NCBI GenBank assembly: GCA_024638305.1
Contig: JAHEKN010000001.1
Location: 5,542 to 69,541, forward strand
Length of the DNA: 64,000 nt
Direction: 5' to 3'
Source of the DNA: Gemmatimonadota bacterium
GTDB lineage: Bacteria; Gemmatimonadota; Gemmatimonadetes; Longimicrobiales; Gaopeijiaceae
In this document: one piece after another, positions 19,551 through 29,617 of the stretch
Layout of the letters: every line of letters begins with the position of its first letter
How positions within the stretch are numbered: the stretch's first letter is position 1
The notes under the pieces: model-generated
The model's input: only the letters and a program-made list of their open reading frames with translations
What the model was told of the DNA's origin: nothing
Database searches by the model: none
Program-made: the position numbers and the translations under genes

Positions 19551-19580
19551 AAGGCCCCCGCACCGAAGCGCGGGGGCCTT
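19551..19580. terminator. Bidirectional intrinsic-terminator-like hairpin between convergent add and the TonB-dependent receptor gene
   Basis: AAGGCCCCCGC-ACCGAAGC-GCGGGGGCCTT forms an 11-bp GC-rich stem. On the minus strand it is followed by a moderately T-rich tract (CGTCGTTGGTGTATT). Confidence 0.6.
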
Positions 19581-19609
19581 GCCTGTTGCCGTGGATCAGG
19601 CGGCCGTGG

Positions 19610-22348
19610 TCAGCGGCTGATCTGAATCCCGATGTTGACCGAGCGCGGGAAGCCGACGAAAACCTCGGCATCGTCCGCGTCGTGATCCCCGTCGAACCCG
19701 TTGAACCGCGAGTTGTCGACGGCGTCCTGGATGTAGACCTTGTCGAAGAGGTTGAACACGTTCATGAACAGCCGAACCTGGTTTCCGCGCAGCGCCGGGA
19801 TGTCCCGGCCGAAGTTGTACGCGGTGTGCAGGTCCACGAGCGTGTAGCCCGGCGCCTGCCAGGACTGGATGCCCTGCTCTGCCTGATCTGTGCGATCGAA
19901 CGGATCGTACTCGGCATAGTGCTTACCGAACGACTTCCCGACGACCTGAAGGAACAGACCCTCGACCGGGAAGACCGACAGACCGTAGGCCACCTGCTCC
20001 TGCGGAGCGTCGCCCACGTAGAGGTCCTTGATGTAGAAGTCGTCGATCTCCGTGTTGCCCAGGCGATCGTCCTGCTTGATCTGGCCCGTCACGTTGTCGG
20101 TGTAGATCCAGTCGCCAATGGACGCGGCCGCGTCCAACCGAACGTATGAGTTGGGCTGCCAGGCACCCTCGACCTCCAGGCCCAGGTGTCGGGCGTTGAC
20201 GCCCAACAGGTTCACGAGCCCGTCCTCATTGTCGCCGAACAGATTCCGCACGAACTGGTTGCGCGTGCGGTTCTTCCACGTGGTGTGGTAGAGGTTGGCA
20301 TCGAGAGACAACCCACGGTCGGCCGAGCGAAAGCGGGCCCCTGCCTCGAACGAGCGGAACGTCTCGTTCTGGGGATTGTCGTTCAGGATTGCCGACACGT
20401 CGTCGATAACCCCGTCGAAGATCGGCACCTTCGAGACGTAGCCCGCGTTCCCGTAGAGCGACCATTCCTCGGTCACGTTGCGGACCACGCCACCCTTTAT
20501 CTGCGCCCCGTAGAGGTTGCCGCTCTCGAGTGTGAGGAACCCGTTCGGCGAGGTCGTGCTCCGCTTGAAGAAGTCCGTGTAGTTGTAGGAGATCATGGAC
20601 ACGCCGGTCATCGCGTAGAACGAGCCGGCTTGGGTGCTCCGCTGCGCCTGCAGGTGAGCCCCCAGCCATTTCACCTGGTTCTCGTTGTGGTAGTTGATCT
20701 TGTCCCCGAGCCCACGAAGGCCCTCACCCGCGGCCTCGTTCCAGAACTCCGAGCTGCAACCGCGGAAGCAGTCGCTATAGGCTACACCGCCCAGCAGGTC
20801 CCGCACTTCCCGGTAGTGCTCGATCGTGGCCGTGCGGGCATCCAATCCGAACTCACCCGTCCAGTCGGACTGGAAGTCCTTCCTGAGCTTGGCGATCGCG
20901 CCCCACGTGTCCTGGTTGTTCACCGAGTTGCGCAGGATCCCACGCGAGACCGCACCGGGCTCGGAAGCGTTCCGATCGATGGTCCCGTTCCAGTCCGGGA
21001 AGCGCTGCGTGAAAGTGTAGTCCCAGACCAGCGAGCCGTAGGTGCCCGTTCCCCCACCCTTGCCACCGGAATAGTAGGCCACGGTCGAGAGGTTCAGCCC
21101 ATCCCCGAGATAGGAGTACCAGTTCAGGTTGAGCTGCGGCTTGCTGAAGTAGTTCTCGCGCTCGTTCAGGAAGCCGTTGTCGAAGCGCGTGAACGTGCCG
21201 CTACCAGGTCCCGTGCTCGCGAACTGTCGCCCGGTGTAGCTGCTCCGCACGCTCCCGATGTTGGGACTCCACTTGACGCCGGCCTGGGGGAACTCGGCCA
21301 GCGCCGCAGCATCGTAGTCGTCGAGGCTCCGGGCGAAGTCCTGGTCGAACGTGGCGATGTTGAGCTTGTAGAGCCGCTGACCGTGACGCTGGGGCGCTCC
21401 GACGAGATAGGCCTCGAGCCGGTTGCGGTCGTTGACCTGGAACGCGGACGCCAGGTAGTAGGAGTAGGCGTCCGTCCATGCGCCGTCGACCAGTCCGTCC
21501 GCGGTCTTCTTCACGCCCGTCGCGGTGAGGGCAAAGCGGCCAAGATTACCCGTGGACGCGCTCAGCGTGGTCTTGAGGAAGGACCCACTCCCGAACTCCT
21601 GCTTGAGCGAATACCCGGGCTCCGCCTGGGTCGGGTCCGTGATGACGTTGAGCGTCCCGCCGATGGACGGGGTGGCCAGGTTCACGGCCGAGAGCCCGCG
21701 CTGGAGCTGGATGCTCGTCGCGGCGTCTCCCAGTCCGTCCCAGTTGGACCAGTAGACCCACCCGTTCTCCATGTCGTTCACGGGCACGCCATTGATCATC
21801 ACGGCCGTGTTGCGCTGACTGAAGCCGCGTACGTTCACGCGCGCGTCACCGGCGCCTCCGCCCTGCGCGGTCGAGTACACGCTGGGCGTGACGTTCAGGA
21901 CCAGCGGCAGGTCGCGCGAGCCGAGCTGGTTCTGGATCTGGACTTTACGCACGTCGCTGAAGGCCACCGGCGTCTCGTTGGTTTTCGCTCGAGTGGCGAA
22001 CACCTCGATCGCAGCCAGGTCGACCGCCTGCGTGGTCATGGCAAAATTCACCGCGACCGATTGACCGCCGACCACCACCACGCCCTGAGCCGGCGTCGTG
22101 TAGCCGATCGCCACGACGCTGACCTCGAACGTTCCGGGCCGGACGTTGATCACGTTGTATCGGCCGTCGGAGTTGGTCAGACCCCCGTACTGGGCTCCGG
22201 TCGACACGCTGGTAAGCACGACCTGGACGGCCGGCAGACCCGCCCCGTCGGCCGTGACCCGCCCCGTCACCGTCCCCGTCTGCTGCGCCGCCGCAGGGGC
22301 CGCGAACAGAAGAGCGACGGCAAGGGCCGCCAAACGACTGAGTCTCAT
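19610..22348 (-). CDS. TonB-dependent outer membrane receptor with N-terminal carboxypeptidase-regulatory-like domain
   Basis: The signal peptide is MRLSRLAALAVALLFAAPAAAQQ. The CarboxypepD_reg-like beta-sandwich region is TGTVTGRVTADGAGLPAVQVVLTS...SDGRYNVINVRPGTFEVSV. The plug region is FSQRNTAVMINGVPVNDMENGWVYWSNW. A long beta-barrel with alternating-hydrophobic strands follows. ATG at 22348 is preceded by GAGGTG. Confidence 0.85.
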   Translation of the reverse strand: MRLSRLAALAVALLFAAPAAAQQTGTVTGRVTADGAGLPAVQVVLTSVSTGAQYGGLTNSDGRYNVINVRPGTFEVSVVAIGYTTPAQGVVVVGGQSVAVNFAMTTQAVDLAAIEVFATRAKTNETPVAFSDVRKVQIQNQLGSRDLPLVLNVTPSVYSTAQGGGAGDARVNVRGFSQRNTAVMINGVPVNDMENGWVYWSNWDGLGDAATSIQLQRGLSAVNLATPSIGGTLNVITDPTQAEPGYSLKQEFGSGSFLKTTLSASTGNLGRFALTATGVKKTADGLVDGAWTDAYSYYLASAFQVNDRNRLEAYLVGAPQRHGQRLYKLNIATFDQDFARSLDDYDAAALAEFPQAGVKWSPNIGSVRSSYTGRQFASTGPGSGTFTRFDNGFLNERENYFSKPQLNLNWYSYLGDGLNLSTVAYYSGGKGGGTGTYGSLVWDYTFTQRFPDWNGTIDRNASEPGAVSRGILRNSVNNQDTWGAIAKLRKDFQSDWTGEFGLDARTATIEHYREVRDLLGGVAYSDCFRGCSSEFWNEAAGEGLRGLGDKINYHNENQVKWLGAHLQAQRSTQAGSFYAMTGVSMISYNYTDFFKRSTTSPNGFLTLESGNLYGAQIKGGVVRNVTEEWSLYGNAGYVSKVPIFDGVIDDVSAILNDNPQNETFRSFEAGARFRSADRGLSLDANLYHTTWKNRTRNQFVRNLFGDNEDGLVNLLGVNARHLGLEVEGAWQPNSYVRLDAAASIGDWIYTDNVTGQIKQDDRLGNTEIDDFYIKDLYVGDAPQEQVAYGLSVFPVEGLFLQVVGKSFGKHYAEYDPFDRTDQAEQGIQSWQAPGYTLVDLHTAYNFGRDIPALRGNQVRLFMNVFNLFDKVYIQDAVDNSRFNGFDGDHDADDAEVFVGFPRSVNIGIQISR

Positions 22349-22673
22349 GCTGACACCTCGTTCCGAAAATAGGATTCGCGACGTTCCCAAACGCTCCGGG
22401 CATCGCGAGTGCTTCTCTCATGTCACCTTGCGCTGCCGCCCGCAGAAGGCCGCTGCGCGGGGGCGGGAACCGGGTCGATCCCCACCGGGTCCCAACAATC
22501 TTAAAGCACCTCCGGAGGGAGGAAAAGCCACAATCTCAGCCGTTTCCTAATGGTGACACGCTCGATGCTTCGAGCTTCATCTGTTTCTCACGGCAACGCC
22601 TGTGAACTCGGCGGATCCCGCCTTTCGCGCGTCCCGGACGTCAGGTAATGCCTGATCGCCCCAAACGGGAAAA

Positions 22674-22701
22674 CCCCCGCCCGGCTTTCGCCGGACGGGG
22701 G
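22674..22701 (-). terminator. Rho-independent terminator downstream of the 1044-aa lipoprotein gene
   Basis: On the minus strand: CCCCCGTCCGG-CGAAAG-CCGGGCGGGGG followed by TTTTCCCGTTTGG. Confidence 0.7.
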
Positions 22702-22746
22702 CTCCCTGGACCCGAAGGTCCGACCCTCTAGGTCGCTCGATATCGT

Positions 22747-25700
22747 CTAGCTGACGATGATCGGAGCGGCCGGTACTTCGACGTCACCCGCGTCCCTGAG
22801 CTGGAACAGCATGGTCGCCGGTGAGGCAGTCGTGAATCCACCCGTCGCCGGGTTGACCGTGATCTGCCAGACGCCTTCCTGCAGGCCCGCAAACTCGAAC
22901 CTGCCCGTTGCGTCCGTCGTGGTGTTCTGCGGCGGCTCGGTCGTGTACGTGGTACACGTGCTCGGGCCGGTCGGCGGCGACGTGAAGCCCGCCGAGATGA
23001 TGCAGCGCCTGAGCGTCACCGTGATGCCCGGAGCCGCACCGCCGCCCGCGCCAGCCGACTTGTTGATGAAGGCGCGGATGGTGGTGTTGTCGAACAGGAA
23101 GGCAAAGTGCGACGGATCGTCGCCCGCGACATTCGCTGCACCGTAGTTCCAGTACGGATACACCGGCAGTCCGGGGATCGTCCCGACGACCGTGTCACCG
23201 ACCTGACGCGTGTTCTGCCCACCGAGTCCGGTCGTGGTCGCAGCGGTCTTCACCACCTGCGTGTCGAACGGCAGCCCGTTGGGCTGGATGCCCTGCGTCA
23301 CCACCGCAGCCGAGGTCGGACCGGCCGCGGCCTTCACCACGTACGTGCCCTCCCTCAGGTTCGTGAACGCGTAGCTCCCGTTGCCGCTCGAGGTGGTCGA
23401 ACCCACCAGCGAGTCCGGATCCACCTTGGTCCGGTACAGGTCGAGCATCACGCCCGCCAGCGCCTCGTTCGGATCGATCGTCGTACCGTCGAAGTCACGA
23501 TCGTTGACGATCACACCCAGGACCTTGGTGTCCATCCTGGTCGCCGTGAACGAGCACGGGATGTTGTTCGCGTTGCCCTGCAGGTCGCCCTTACAGTCGT
23601 GCGGCGTCGCGTTGGTGCCGTTCTTCACGAAGAACTCCCACACGCCGACGGAGTCGATGACCTTGACGTCCCACGGTCCCTCGCCCACGCCGCCCAGGAA
23701 GTACGACCCGCCGCTCACGAAGAGCGTCGTGTCCACGATCGAGTGGAAGTCACCGATCGTCGTCCCGTGCGAGACTGCCGGCTGGATGTTCATCGGATTC
23801 GGCGAGATCACCACACGCACACCGTTGGCGTCCGTGCCGTCCGCAGCGCGGACCGTGCCCTGGATCGTGCCGTTGACGTACTTGTAGCTGAACGTCGCAC
23901 AGCCGGCACTACCCTGTTGCTGACACTGATCGGCTTCCTGATCCGATCCGTCCATGCCGACCACCACCTGTACGGTGTCGTCGAGCACGTACTTGTTGAA
24001 CGGGAGCGCCGGACGCGGATGCGCCGACACCGCCCAGTTCGTGCTCGTGGACCGGTTGGCGAACGTCACGTCACCCGTGCCCGCACCCGCGCCGACCGTC
24101 GCGACCGCGCTGCCGGCATCGAGATCCCACAGCGTCACGTCGATCTGGTCCACGTTGATGAGGTTGTCGCCCGCCGTGAACATGGGCGTCCCGAGTGAGT
24201 CATCCGTCTCGTGGAACACCTTCACGTTGATGTCGGCGTCCAGGTACTTGATGATCTCGGTCCCGATGCTGACCGTGTCGTTATCGAGGTTGAAGCCCTG
24301 CTGCACGAACGTCAGGTACTGGCCCTGGGCCGTGCCCGGTGCGTCCGGATCCGGCGTCTGGCTGAACGCGTGCCCGTTCGCGAGCGGCTGTCCGCCCTGC
24401 AAGCGGATGCGGATGGTGCGCGGCAGTCCCGCGATACCACCCGTGTTGGAGGTGAACATGCCGTCGCCCATGGAGTTCAGGGTGCCGGCGCCGACGGCGG
24501 CTACCGTCGTGTCCGTCCAGGCGGCCCACAGCCAGCCGGCCAGCGGGTCGGCGTCGATCTCTTCACCGTCGAACGCGAGCTTCACCCGCGTCGCCAGCAC
24601 GTCGAACGTGTCCGGCGCTTCGGAGTGCGCGAACCGGGTGTCGTACCCGATCTCGATCCGGTTCTCGCCGTTCAGGAAGTAGTTCCCTGGAGGCGTCCCG
24701 TTGATCGTCGCGAACACGATGTGGTCCGCGAGCCCGGGCTGCGGGCTCGTATCGCTCGCACGTGCGAACGAGAACTCCGTGCAACCCGTGGCGTCCGTCG
24801 TCTGTGTCGCAAACGCGTTCGTCGAGTTGTCGGCGTCCAGCTTGCGCGGATACAGCGTGATGCGGCCACCCGGCACTCCATAGTGTCCGGGGCTCACCCC
24901 GTCCGTACCCGTGAACACGCAGACGTTGACCATCTGCTGCACGATGTCGAACGGGAAGTAGGCCGTCGCCATCTGACCCGGCGTGAGCGTGACCACGACG
25001 TTGGTCGTGTCGCCGCCGAACGCCACGTAGCTCGGGATGTCCGGGTCCGCCGGGTTGATCCCCACGGAGTACGTCCCGGCCACCAGGTCGGTGAACATGA
25101 ACTGACCGTTCGCGTCGGTCTGGACGGTCTGCGAGTTGCCGACGTTGGGCCCCTTCAGCGTGATGGCCACGTTGGCAGCCATCAGAAACGCCTCGAGCGC
25201 CGCACCGTCATACACGTTGTTCTTGTCGTTCTCGTCCAGGAACATCGCGCCCGAGATCTTCGCGGTCGCCACCTGCGAGCCCGAGAAGCTCACCACCTCG
25301 GTGGCACCCGCGCCCACCGTCGCGTTCTTCGACGTCGGCGAGAACGTGTACTGCACGGCGTCGAATCCGCTGATCGCGACCGTGTAGGCGCCGGCCCGGA
25401 GGCCCGTGAACGCGTACTGGCCCGCTGCGTCCGTCGTCGTCGAGCCGGTTGCCGCTCCGCTGAGCGACACGGTCACGCCCGCCAGCGGGCCCACGCCCGC
25501 CACCGACACGTTACCCACCACCGACGACGTTCGTACGAACGAGCCGCTGAAGTCCACCGTAACGACCTGACCCGCCGTCGTGACCACCGCGGTCTTCGCC
25601 GTCGACGCGAAGGTCGCGTCCGACGGGAACCCGCTGATCTCGACCACGTAGGTCCCGGCCGGAACGTTGTTGAACGTGTAGGCGCCGCTGCCGTCCGTCG

Positions 25701-25881
25701 TCACCGACGCACCGCTCGACAGCGTAACCGTCACGCCCGACGCCCCACTGCCCTCGATCGTGACCGTGCCCCGTACGGTGCCTTCCACCGCCGTGGCCGT
25801 GGTATCCGTACCCTCGTCACACGCCGCGATCGCAAATGCGCCGAGCAGTGCGAGAGTAAGGAACCTGAGCGATTTCATCAT
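22747..25881 (-). CDS. Large (1044 aa) surface/periplasmic lipoprotein with multiple carboxypeptidase-regulatory-like / SdrD-B-like beta-sandwich repeats
   Basis: The lipoprotein signal is MMKSLRFLTLALLGAFAIAAC. Repeated modules include GSGAYTFNNVPAGTYVVEISG, AAGQYAFTGLRAGAYTVAISG, ANGQFMFTDLVAGTYSVGINP, GNGSYAFTNLREGTYVVKAA and ATGRFEFAGLQEGVWQITVNP. The central ~500 aa has no motif I recognise. Confidence 0.7.
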   Translation of the reverse strand: MMKSLRFLTLALLGAFAIAACDEGTDTTATAVEGTVRGTVTIEGSGASGVTVTLSSGASVTTDGSGAYTFNNVPAGTYVVEISGFPSDATFASTAKTAVVTTAGQVVTVDFSGSFVRTSSVVGNVSVAGVGPLAGVTVSLSGAATGSTTTDAAGQYAFTGLRAGAYTVAISGFDAVQYTFSPTSKNATVGAGATEVVSFSGSQVATAKISGAMFLDENDKNNVYDGAALEAFLMAANVAITLKGPNVGNSQTVQTDANGQFMFTDLVAGTYSVGINPADPDIPSYVAFGGDTTNVVVTLTPGQMATAYFPFDIVQQMVNVCVFTGTDGVSPGHYGVPGGRITLYPRKLDADNSTNAFATQTTDATGCTEFSFARASDTSPQPGLADHIVFATINGTPPGNYFLNGENRIEIGYDTRFAHSEAPDTFDVLATRVKLAFDGEEIDADPLAGWLWAAWTDTTVAAVGAGTLNSMGDGMFTSNTGGIAGLPRTIRIRLQGGQPLANGHAFSQTPDPDAPGTAQGQYLTFVQQGFNLDNDTVSIGTEIIKYLDADINVKVFHETDDSLGTPMFTAGDNLINVDQIDVTLWDLDAGSAVATVGAGAGTGDVTFANRSTSTNWAVSAHPRPALPFNKYVLDDTVQVVVGMDGSDQEADQCQQQGSAGCATFSYKYVNGTIQGTVRAADGTDANGVRVVISPNPMNIQPAVSHGTTIGDFHSIVDTTLFVSGGSYFLGGVGEGPWDVKVIDSVGVWEFFVKNGTNATPHDCKGDLQGNANNIPCSFTATRMDTKVLGVIVNDRDFDGTTIDPNEALAGVMLDLYRTKVDPDSLVGSTTSSGNGSYAFTNLREGTYVVKAAAGPTSAAVVTQGIQPNGLPFDTQVVKTAATTTGLGGQNTRQVGDTVVGTIPGLPVYPYWNYGAANVAGDDPSHFAFLFDNTTIRAFINKSAGAGGGAAPGITVTLRRCIISAGFTSPPTGPSTCTTYTTEPPQNTTTDATGRFEFAGLQEGVWQITVNPATGGFTTASPATMLFQLRDAGDVEVPAAPIIVS

Positions 25882-26038
25882 TCGATCAGTCCAATGAATT
25901 GGAGGTGATTTGTGAGTCCGCGCTCACGTTCCCAGCGCACTCGGTGCACGTCGTGATTCACGATGCCGCACGGACGAAAAGAACCGGTGAAGTGGGGAGC
26001 AAGAGTAGTGCCAGCGCCACACCACCGAGAAAAGCCTT

Positions 26039-26067
26039 GATCTACCTTGCTTTCTAGGGGGTAGACC
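26039..26067 (-). terminator. Possible intrinsic terminator downstream of fbp
   Basis: On the minus strand: GGTCTACC-(13-nt loop)-GGTAGATC followed by AAGGCTTTTCTCGG. The stem is short, with one G-U pair. Confidence 0.35.
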
Positions 26068-26100
26068 GGTGCTCCACCACCCTCAGAAAAATGTGTTTCC

Positions 26101-27102
26101 TCAGATTTCTGAGGTTCCCGCGAGGAAGCGCTCGGCGAGGTCCACGAGCGGCGCGGACCCCACGAAGAGTGGCGTTCGCTGATGGAGGGACTGCGGTTCG
26201 ATGTCCAGGATGTCGCGGACTCCGTCCGAGGCGCGTCCGCCGGCCTCGCGCGCGAGCATGGCCATGGGCGCGGCTTCGTATAGGAGCCGGAGCTTTCCCT
26301 CTGGGCTCTTGCTGTCGGCAGGATACATGAAGATTCCACCCCGGAGCAGCGTCCGATGGAAGTCGGCGACCAGCGAGCCGATGTATCGGGCGCTGTAGCG
26401 GCCGGTCCCCTTCATGTGGTCCACCAGGCGCCTCTGCTCGTCGGACCAACGATCCCGGTACGCCTCGTTGACGGAGTACAAGCGGGCGCCGGGATCCGGA
26501 ATGCGGATGTCGGGATGGCTCAGGAGGAACTCGCCGATGGAGGGGTCGAGCGTGAATCCGTGCACCCCCATCCCCGTGGTGTAGACCAACATGGTCGACG
26601 AGCCGTACAGCACGTATCCCGCCGCGAGTTGCTCCGTGCCTCGCTGAAGGCAGTCCTCCAGCGTGCCGCGCTCCCCCGACGAGATCTTGCGGTGAATCGA
26701 GAAGATCGTCCCGATCGAGACGTTGATGTCGATGTTCGACGATCCGTCGAGCGGATCGAAGAGCAGCACGTACTCCCCGATGGGAAAGCGGTCGGGGATG
26801 GCGATGATGTCTTCGCATTCCTCGGACGCCATGCAGCACAGGTGGCCCGCGTGGTCCATCGCCTTGTAGATGACCTCGTGTGCGAACTGATCCAGCTTCT
26901 GCACCGTCTCACCCTGGACGTTGGTCTCTCCCGCCGATCCGAGCAGGTCGAACAGACCGGCCTGGTTCACCTCTCTCGAGACGATCTTGGCCGCGAGCGC
27001 CAAGTCGTACAGGAGATTGCTGAACGCCCCCGTGGCGTCGGGGTGACGTCGCTCCTGATCGTTGATGTGGCGGCTGATGGTGACGACGCTGGTGCTGGGC
27101 AT
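26101..27102 (-). CDS. fbp: Fructose-1,6-bisphosphatase class 1
   Basis: The last 333 codons of the chimeric ORF 26101..28404. [16 protein letters not shown]...[14 protein letters not shown]...[26 protein letters not shown]...[10 protein letters not shown]...[21 protein letters not shown] are classic FBPase I motifs. Confidence 0.93.
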   Translation of the reverse strand: MPSTSVVTISRHINDQERRHPDATGAFSNLLYDLALAAKIVSREVNQAGLFDLLGSAGETNVQGETVQKLDQFAHEVIYKAMDHAGHLCCMASEECEDIIAIPDRFPIGEYVLLFDPLDGSSNIDINVSIGTIFSIHRKISSGERGTLEDCLQRGTEQLAAGYVLYGSSTMLVYTTGMGVHGFTLDPSIGEFLLSHPDIRIPDPGARLYSVNEAYRDRWSDEQRRLVDHMKGTGRYSARYIGSLVADFHRTLLRGGIFMYPADSKSPEGKLRLLYEAAPMAMLAREAGGRASDGVRDILDIEPQSLHQRTPLFVGSAPLVDLAERFLAGTSEI

Positions 27103-27242
27103 CTGTGTCGGGTTTGGGAGGCGCCCCTGGAAGGCCGTGCGGCTCGAGGAATCCTGAGGAAAGTAACAGGGTCCGGCCAGGCCGCGCCGAAAGCGGTGTG
27201 CCGCCCGTAGGTCGGCCGGCGAGTGCCGTCCGGCGTGGCCAC

Positions 27243-29504
27243 CTATCTCCGGTCGAACTGCGTCAGAGCGCGAAAGCTCCCGGAGTCGGAGGCCCGAATC
27301 CGTACGTTCCCGTGGAGGTCCGAGCGCAGGATCCGTGCCCCGGCGCGGCGGAGCCGAGAGAGCACGCCGGGCGCGGGATGCCCGTATCGATTGCGGCGGC
27401 CGGCGGATACCAGCGCCAACCGTGGACGGGAGCGGGCCAGCAGCTCCGGCGCGGTCGAGGTGGCGCTCCCGTGGTGTCCCACCTTGAGCAACTCGAGCGC
27501 CGGCGGCAGCCGGTCGAGGACCGCGAGCTCGGCCGCGCTGGGTGCGTCGCCCGGCAGTAGCGCCTCGAACGCGCCGTACGTCACGAGGAGCACGAGCGAT
27601 CGGTCGTTGCTCGACCCCGACCGGTCGGTGGGCGGAATCCGCGGGGGCGGGCTCAGCACCCGAATCTCGACTCCGTCGAAATCCCAGCGGGCGCCCGCGT
27701 GAACGGGTATCCAGGGAACTCCCTGCGCCTGCGCGGCCTCGAGCACGGCCAGGTACGGGGCCGAGCCCCGGGCGTCTCCCGGGTCGGACACCCGATCGAC
27801 CTGGACCCCGGCCAGGATGGCCGGTGCCCCCCCCACGTGATCCAGATCGGCGTGGGTGAGAATCAGACGGTCGAGCGAGCGGACGCCGTGTGACCGCAGG
27901 TATGGGAGGACCCGGCGCACGCCGGCGTCGAACGAACGACTCCGGGGGCCGGCATCGACCAGGAGCCATCGGCCCCGGGGGGAGCGCAGCAGCGTGGCGT
28001 CGCCCTGCCCCACGTCGATCATGTGAATCTCCAGGGCGCCGTTGCCCGCCAGATGCGCGACGGACGGACCGACGACACCGCCCAACAGAGACAGCAGCGC
28101 ACCCAGCGCGACCCGTCCAGGGGTCGAGAGCGGAGCGCCGCTCCGGCGGGCCCAGAACAGGCCTGCGGTCACCCCGACCCCGAGTCCGACGGCGCCCGCC
28201 CGCGTGATCAGCGCGGCCGGCACGGGCAGCGCGGACAGCGCCCGCACCACGAGCTCCACGGCCGACAGGGCGACATCGACCCCGCCGGCGAGCAGCGGCG
28301 CCGCGGCTGGCGCAACCTGGGCGACCGCAAGCAGGAGCACGCCTCCGACCACCGACAGCGATACCAGAGGCGTCAACAACACCGTGGCCGGCACCCCCAG
28401 CCAAGACACCTCGCCGAAGTGCCAGCCCAGAAAGGGGATCGTGGGCACCGTGGCCGCGACCGACAGGACCACCGCGGCTCGGAGCGCGCGAAATCGGGGC
28501 CGCCCCAGCCCGGGCACGGCCTCGGCAACGGCGTCGAGTGGGCGGCGAAGCATCAGAATGCCCGCGGTGGCGGCAAACGTGAGCTGCGTGCCCGCCGCCG
28601 CGAGTCCGCCGGGCTCGAGCACCAGGAATACCAGAAGCGCGGCGGCCAGCACGCCGAGGGGTCGAGAGGGTCGCCCGAGCCCTCGTGACGCGGCCACCGC
28701 CGTCAGCAGCAGGGTCGCGCGCACGGCGGGCCGCGGGAACCCGATGGCCGCGACGTAGATCCAGCAGAAGGCCGCCGCCGACGTGGACCGCGCCCGCGCG
28801 CCCGCGCCCACCAGCGTACCGGCTGCGATCACGACCGAGGCGACGACCCCGATGTGGAAGCCCGAGATCGCCAGCAGGTGTGCGGTCCCGGTGCGGACGA
28901 ATCCGTCGCGCAGCTCCGGATCCAGTTGGTCCCGGCGCGCGAAGAGGAACGCCAATAGCAGTGGGGCGCGCTCCGGCAGAAGGTGAAGGACCCGCCGCTC
29001 GAGCGCCGCGCGGAGGCCGACGAGCCGGGCAGCGCCCCCGTGTATCCAGCCCGCGGGCGCCCGTGTCTCCACGAGCGTATCGGCCACGAAGACCGGCCGG
29101 GCCAGCGGATGGGCGCGCTCCCGCCAGCTACCTCTGGCCTCCACCCACCGGCCGGCGGACACCGCTGGGTGTCGAGGCGCGCCGTACACGTCCACCTCGC
29201 CCCTGCAACCGCGCGGATCCGCGCGCCGAATCCGGATGCGGGCGGAGGGCGCCCCCCCTCGCGGGGCGTCCACGACCAGCCCGGTCCAGGCGGTGGCTGC
29301 CTCGGCCTCCCGTCGGCAGCCCCGCTCGGCCGGCCCGCCGAGGACACCAGCGGCCACCGTGAGCGCGAGCAGCAAGCGGAGCCGGGGGACCATCGTGATG
29401 GCGGCGGCCGCCAGGAGCGCCGACGCCAGGAGCGGAATCGCCGCTCGCCCGCCAGCCGACTCCGAGGAGGCGACCGACAGCGCGATCCCCGCACCGTACG
29501 CCAA
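27243..29504 (-). CDS. comEC: DNA internalization-related competence protein ComEC/Rec2 (competence domain plus metallo-beta-lactamase domain)
   Basis: [21 protein letters not shown] and multiple TM segments mark the competence domain. [14 protein letters not shown]...[11 protein letters not shown]...KVGHHGS marks the MBL fold. The start is uncertain (TTG at 29504). Confidence 0.85.
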   Translation of the reverse strand: MAYGAGIALSVASSESAGGRAAIPLLASALLAAAAITMVPRLRLLLALTVAAGVLGGPAERGCRREAEAATAWTGLVVDAPRGGAPSARIRIRRADPRGCRGEVDVYGAPRHPAVSAGRWVEARGSWRERAHPLARPVFVADTLVETRAPAGWIHGGAARLVGLRAALERRVLHLLPERAPLLLAFLFARRDQLDPELRDGFVRTGTAHLLAISGFHIGVVASVVIAAGTLVGAGARARSTSAAAFCWIYVAAIGFPRPAVRATLLLTAVAASRGLGRPSRPLGVLAAALLVFLVLEPGGLAAAGTQLTFAATAGILMLRRPLDAVAEAVPGLGRPRFRALRAAVVLSVAATVPTIPFLGWHFGEVSWLGVPATVLLTPLVSLSVVGGVLLLAVAQVAPAAAPLLAGGVDVALSAVELVVRALSALPVPAALITRAGAVGLGVGVTAGLFWARRSGAPLSTPGRVALGALLSLLGGVVGPSVAHLAGNGALEIHMIDVGQGDATLLRSPRGRWLLVDAGPRSRSFDAGVRRVLPYLRSHGVRSLDRLILTHADLDHVGGAPAILAGVQVDRVSDPGDARGSAPYLAVLEAAQAQGVPWIPVHAGARWDFDGVEIRVLSPPPRIPPTDRSGSSNDRSLVLLVTYGAFEALLPGDAPSAAELAVLDRLPPALELLKVGHHGSATSTAPELLARSRPRLALVSAGRRNRYGHPAPGVLSRLRRAGARILRSDLHGNVRIRASDSGSFRALTQFDRR

Positions 29505-29617
29505 CGCGATCGGCAGGACTGGAGCCGCTCGAAACCGTGAGATTGTCGCCTACTCCGTGGGGGTTCTCTCGACCTCACTGGAGAAAGCGACGTGTGTGGC
29601 CCCTTCGGGGGACCGGT

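Noticed and set aside
20186-22372. 728-aa plus-strand ORF antisense to the TonB receptor gene. Similar long antisense or out-of-frame ORFs occur at 24211..25908, 39401..41476, 42609..44357, 49375..51540, 52675..54102, 57066..58925, 36936..38447, 38239..39717, 10144..11220, 762..1832 and 182..721.
   Set aside because: Their translations are Arg/Pro/Gly/Ala-rich low-complexity strings with no motifs. They lie opposite or out of frame to genes with unambiguous conserved motifs. Stop-codon-poor high-GC DNA routinely produces such shadow ORFs.
22455-22500. Cobalamin-riboswitch-like fragment on the minus strand (GGGACCCGGTGGGGATCGACCCGGTTCCCGCC), upstream of the TonB receptor gene.
   Set aside because: It resembles the AGGGAA..CCGGTG..AATCC..CCCGCC core only superficially. 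I could not find the B12 box (GCCACTG) or the downstream conserved segments. The receptor is a large SusC-like type rather than BtuB-like. An Infernal scan would settle it.
25901-25956. Perfect SD GGAGGTGAT followed 6 nt later by GTG, opening a 14-codon plus-strand mini-ORF. On the minus strand the same bases read ATCACCTCC (identical to the 16S 3' tail), 19 nt upstream of the lipoprotein start.
   Set aside because: The ORF is too short and unconserved-looking to call. It is a single occurrence in an intergenic promoter region and is most simply explained by chance.
26101-28404. Very long track ORFs that fuse a real gene to an upstream extension: 26101..28404, 32800..34803, 48860..51244, 49744..51555, 53514..55229, 57390..59690, 58856..61273 and 12103..13566.
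   Set aside because: The N-terminal extensions overlap the upstream gene in another frame and are low-complexity. Conserved N-termini, signal peptides and ATGA/GTGA junctions support the internal starts used in the feature list.
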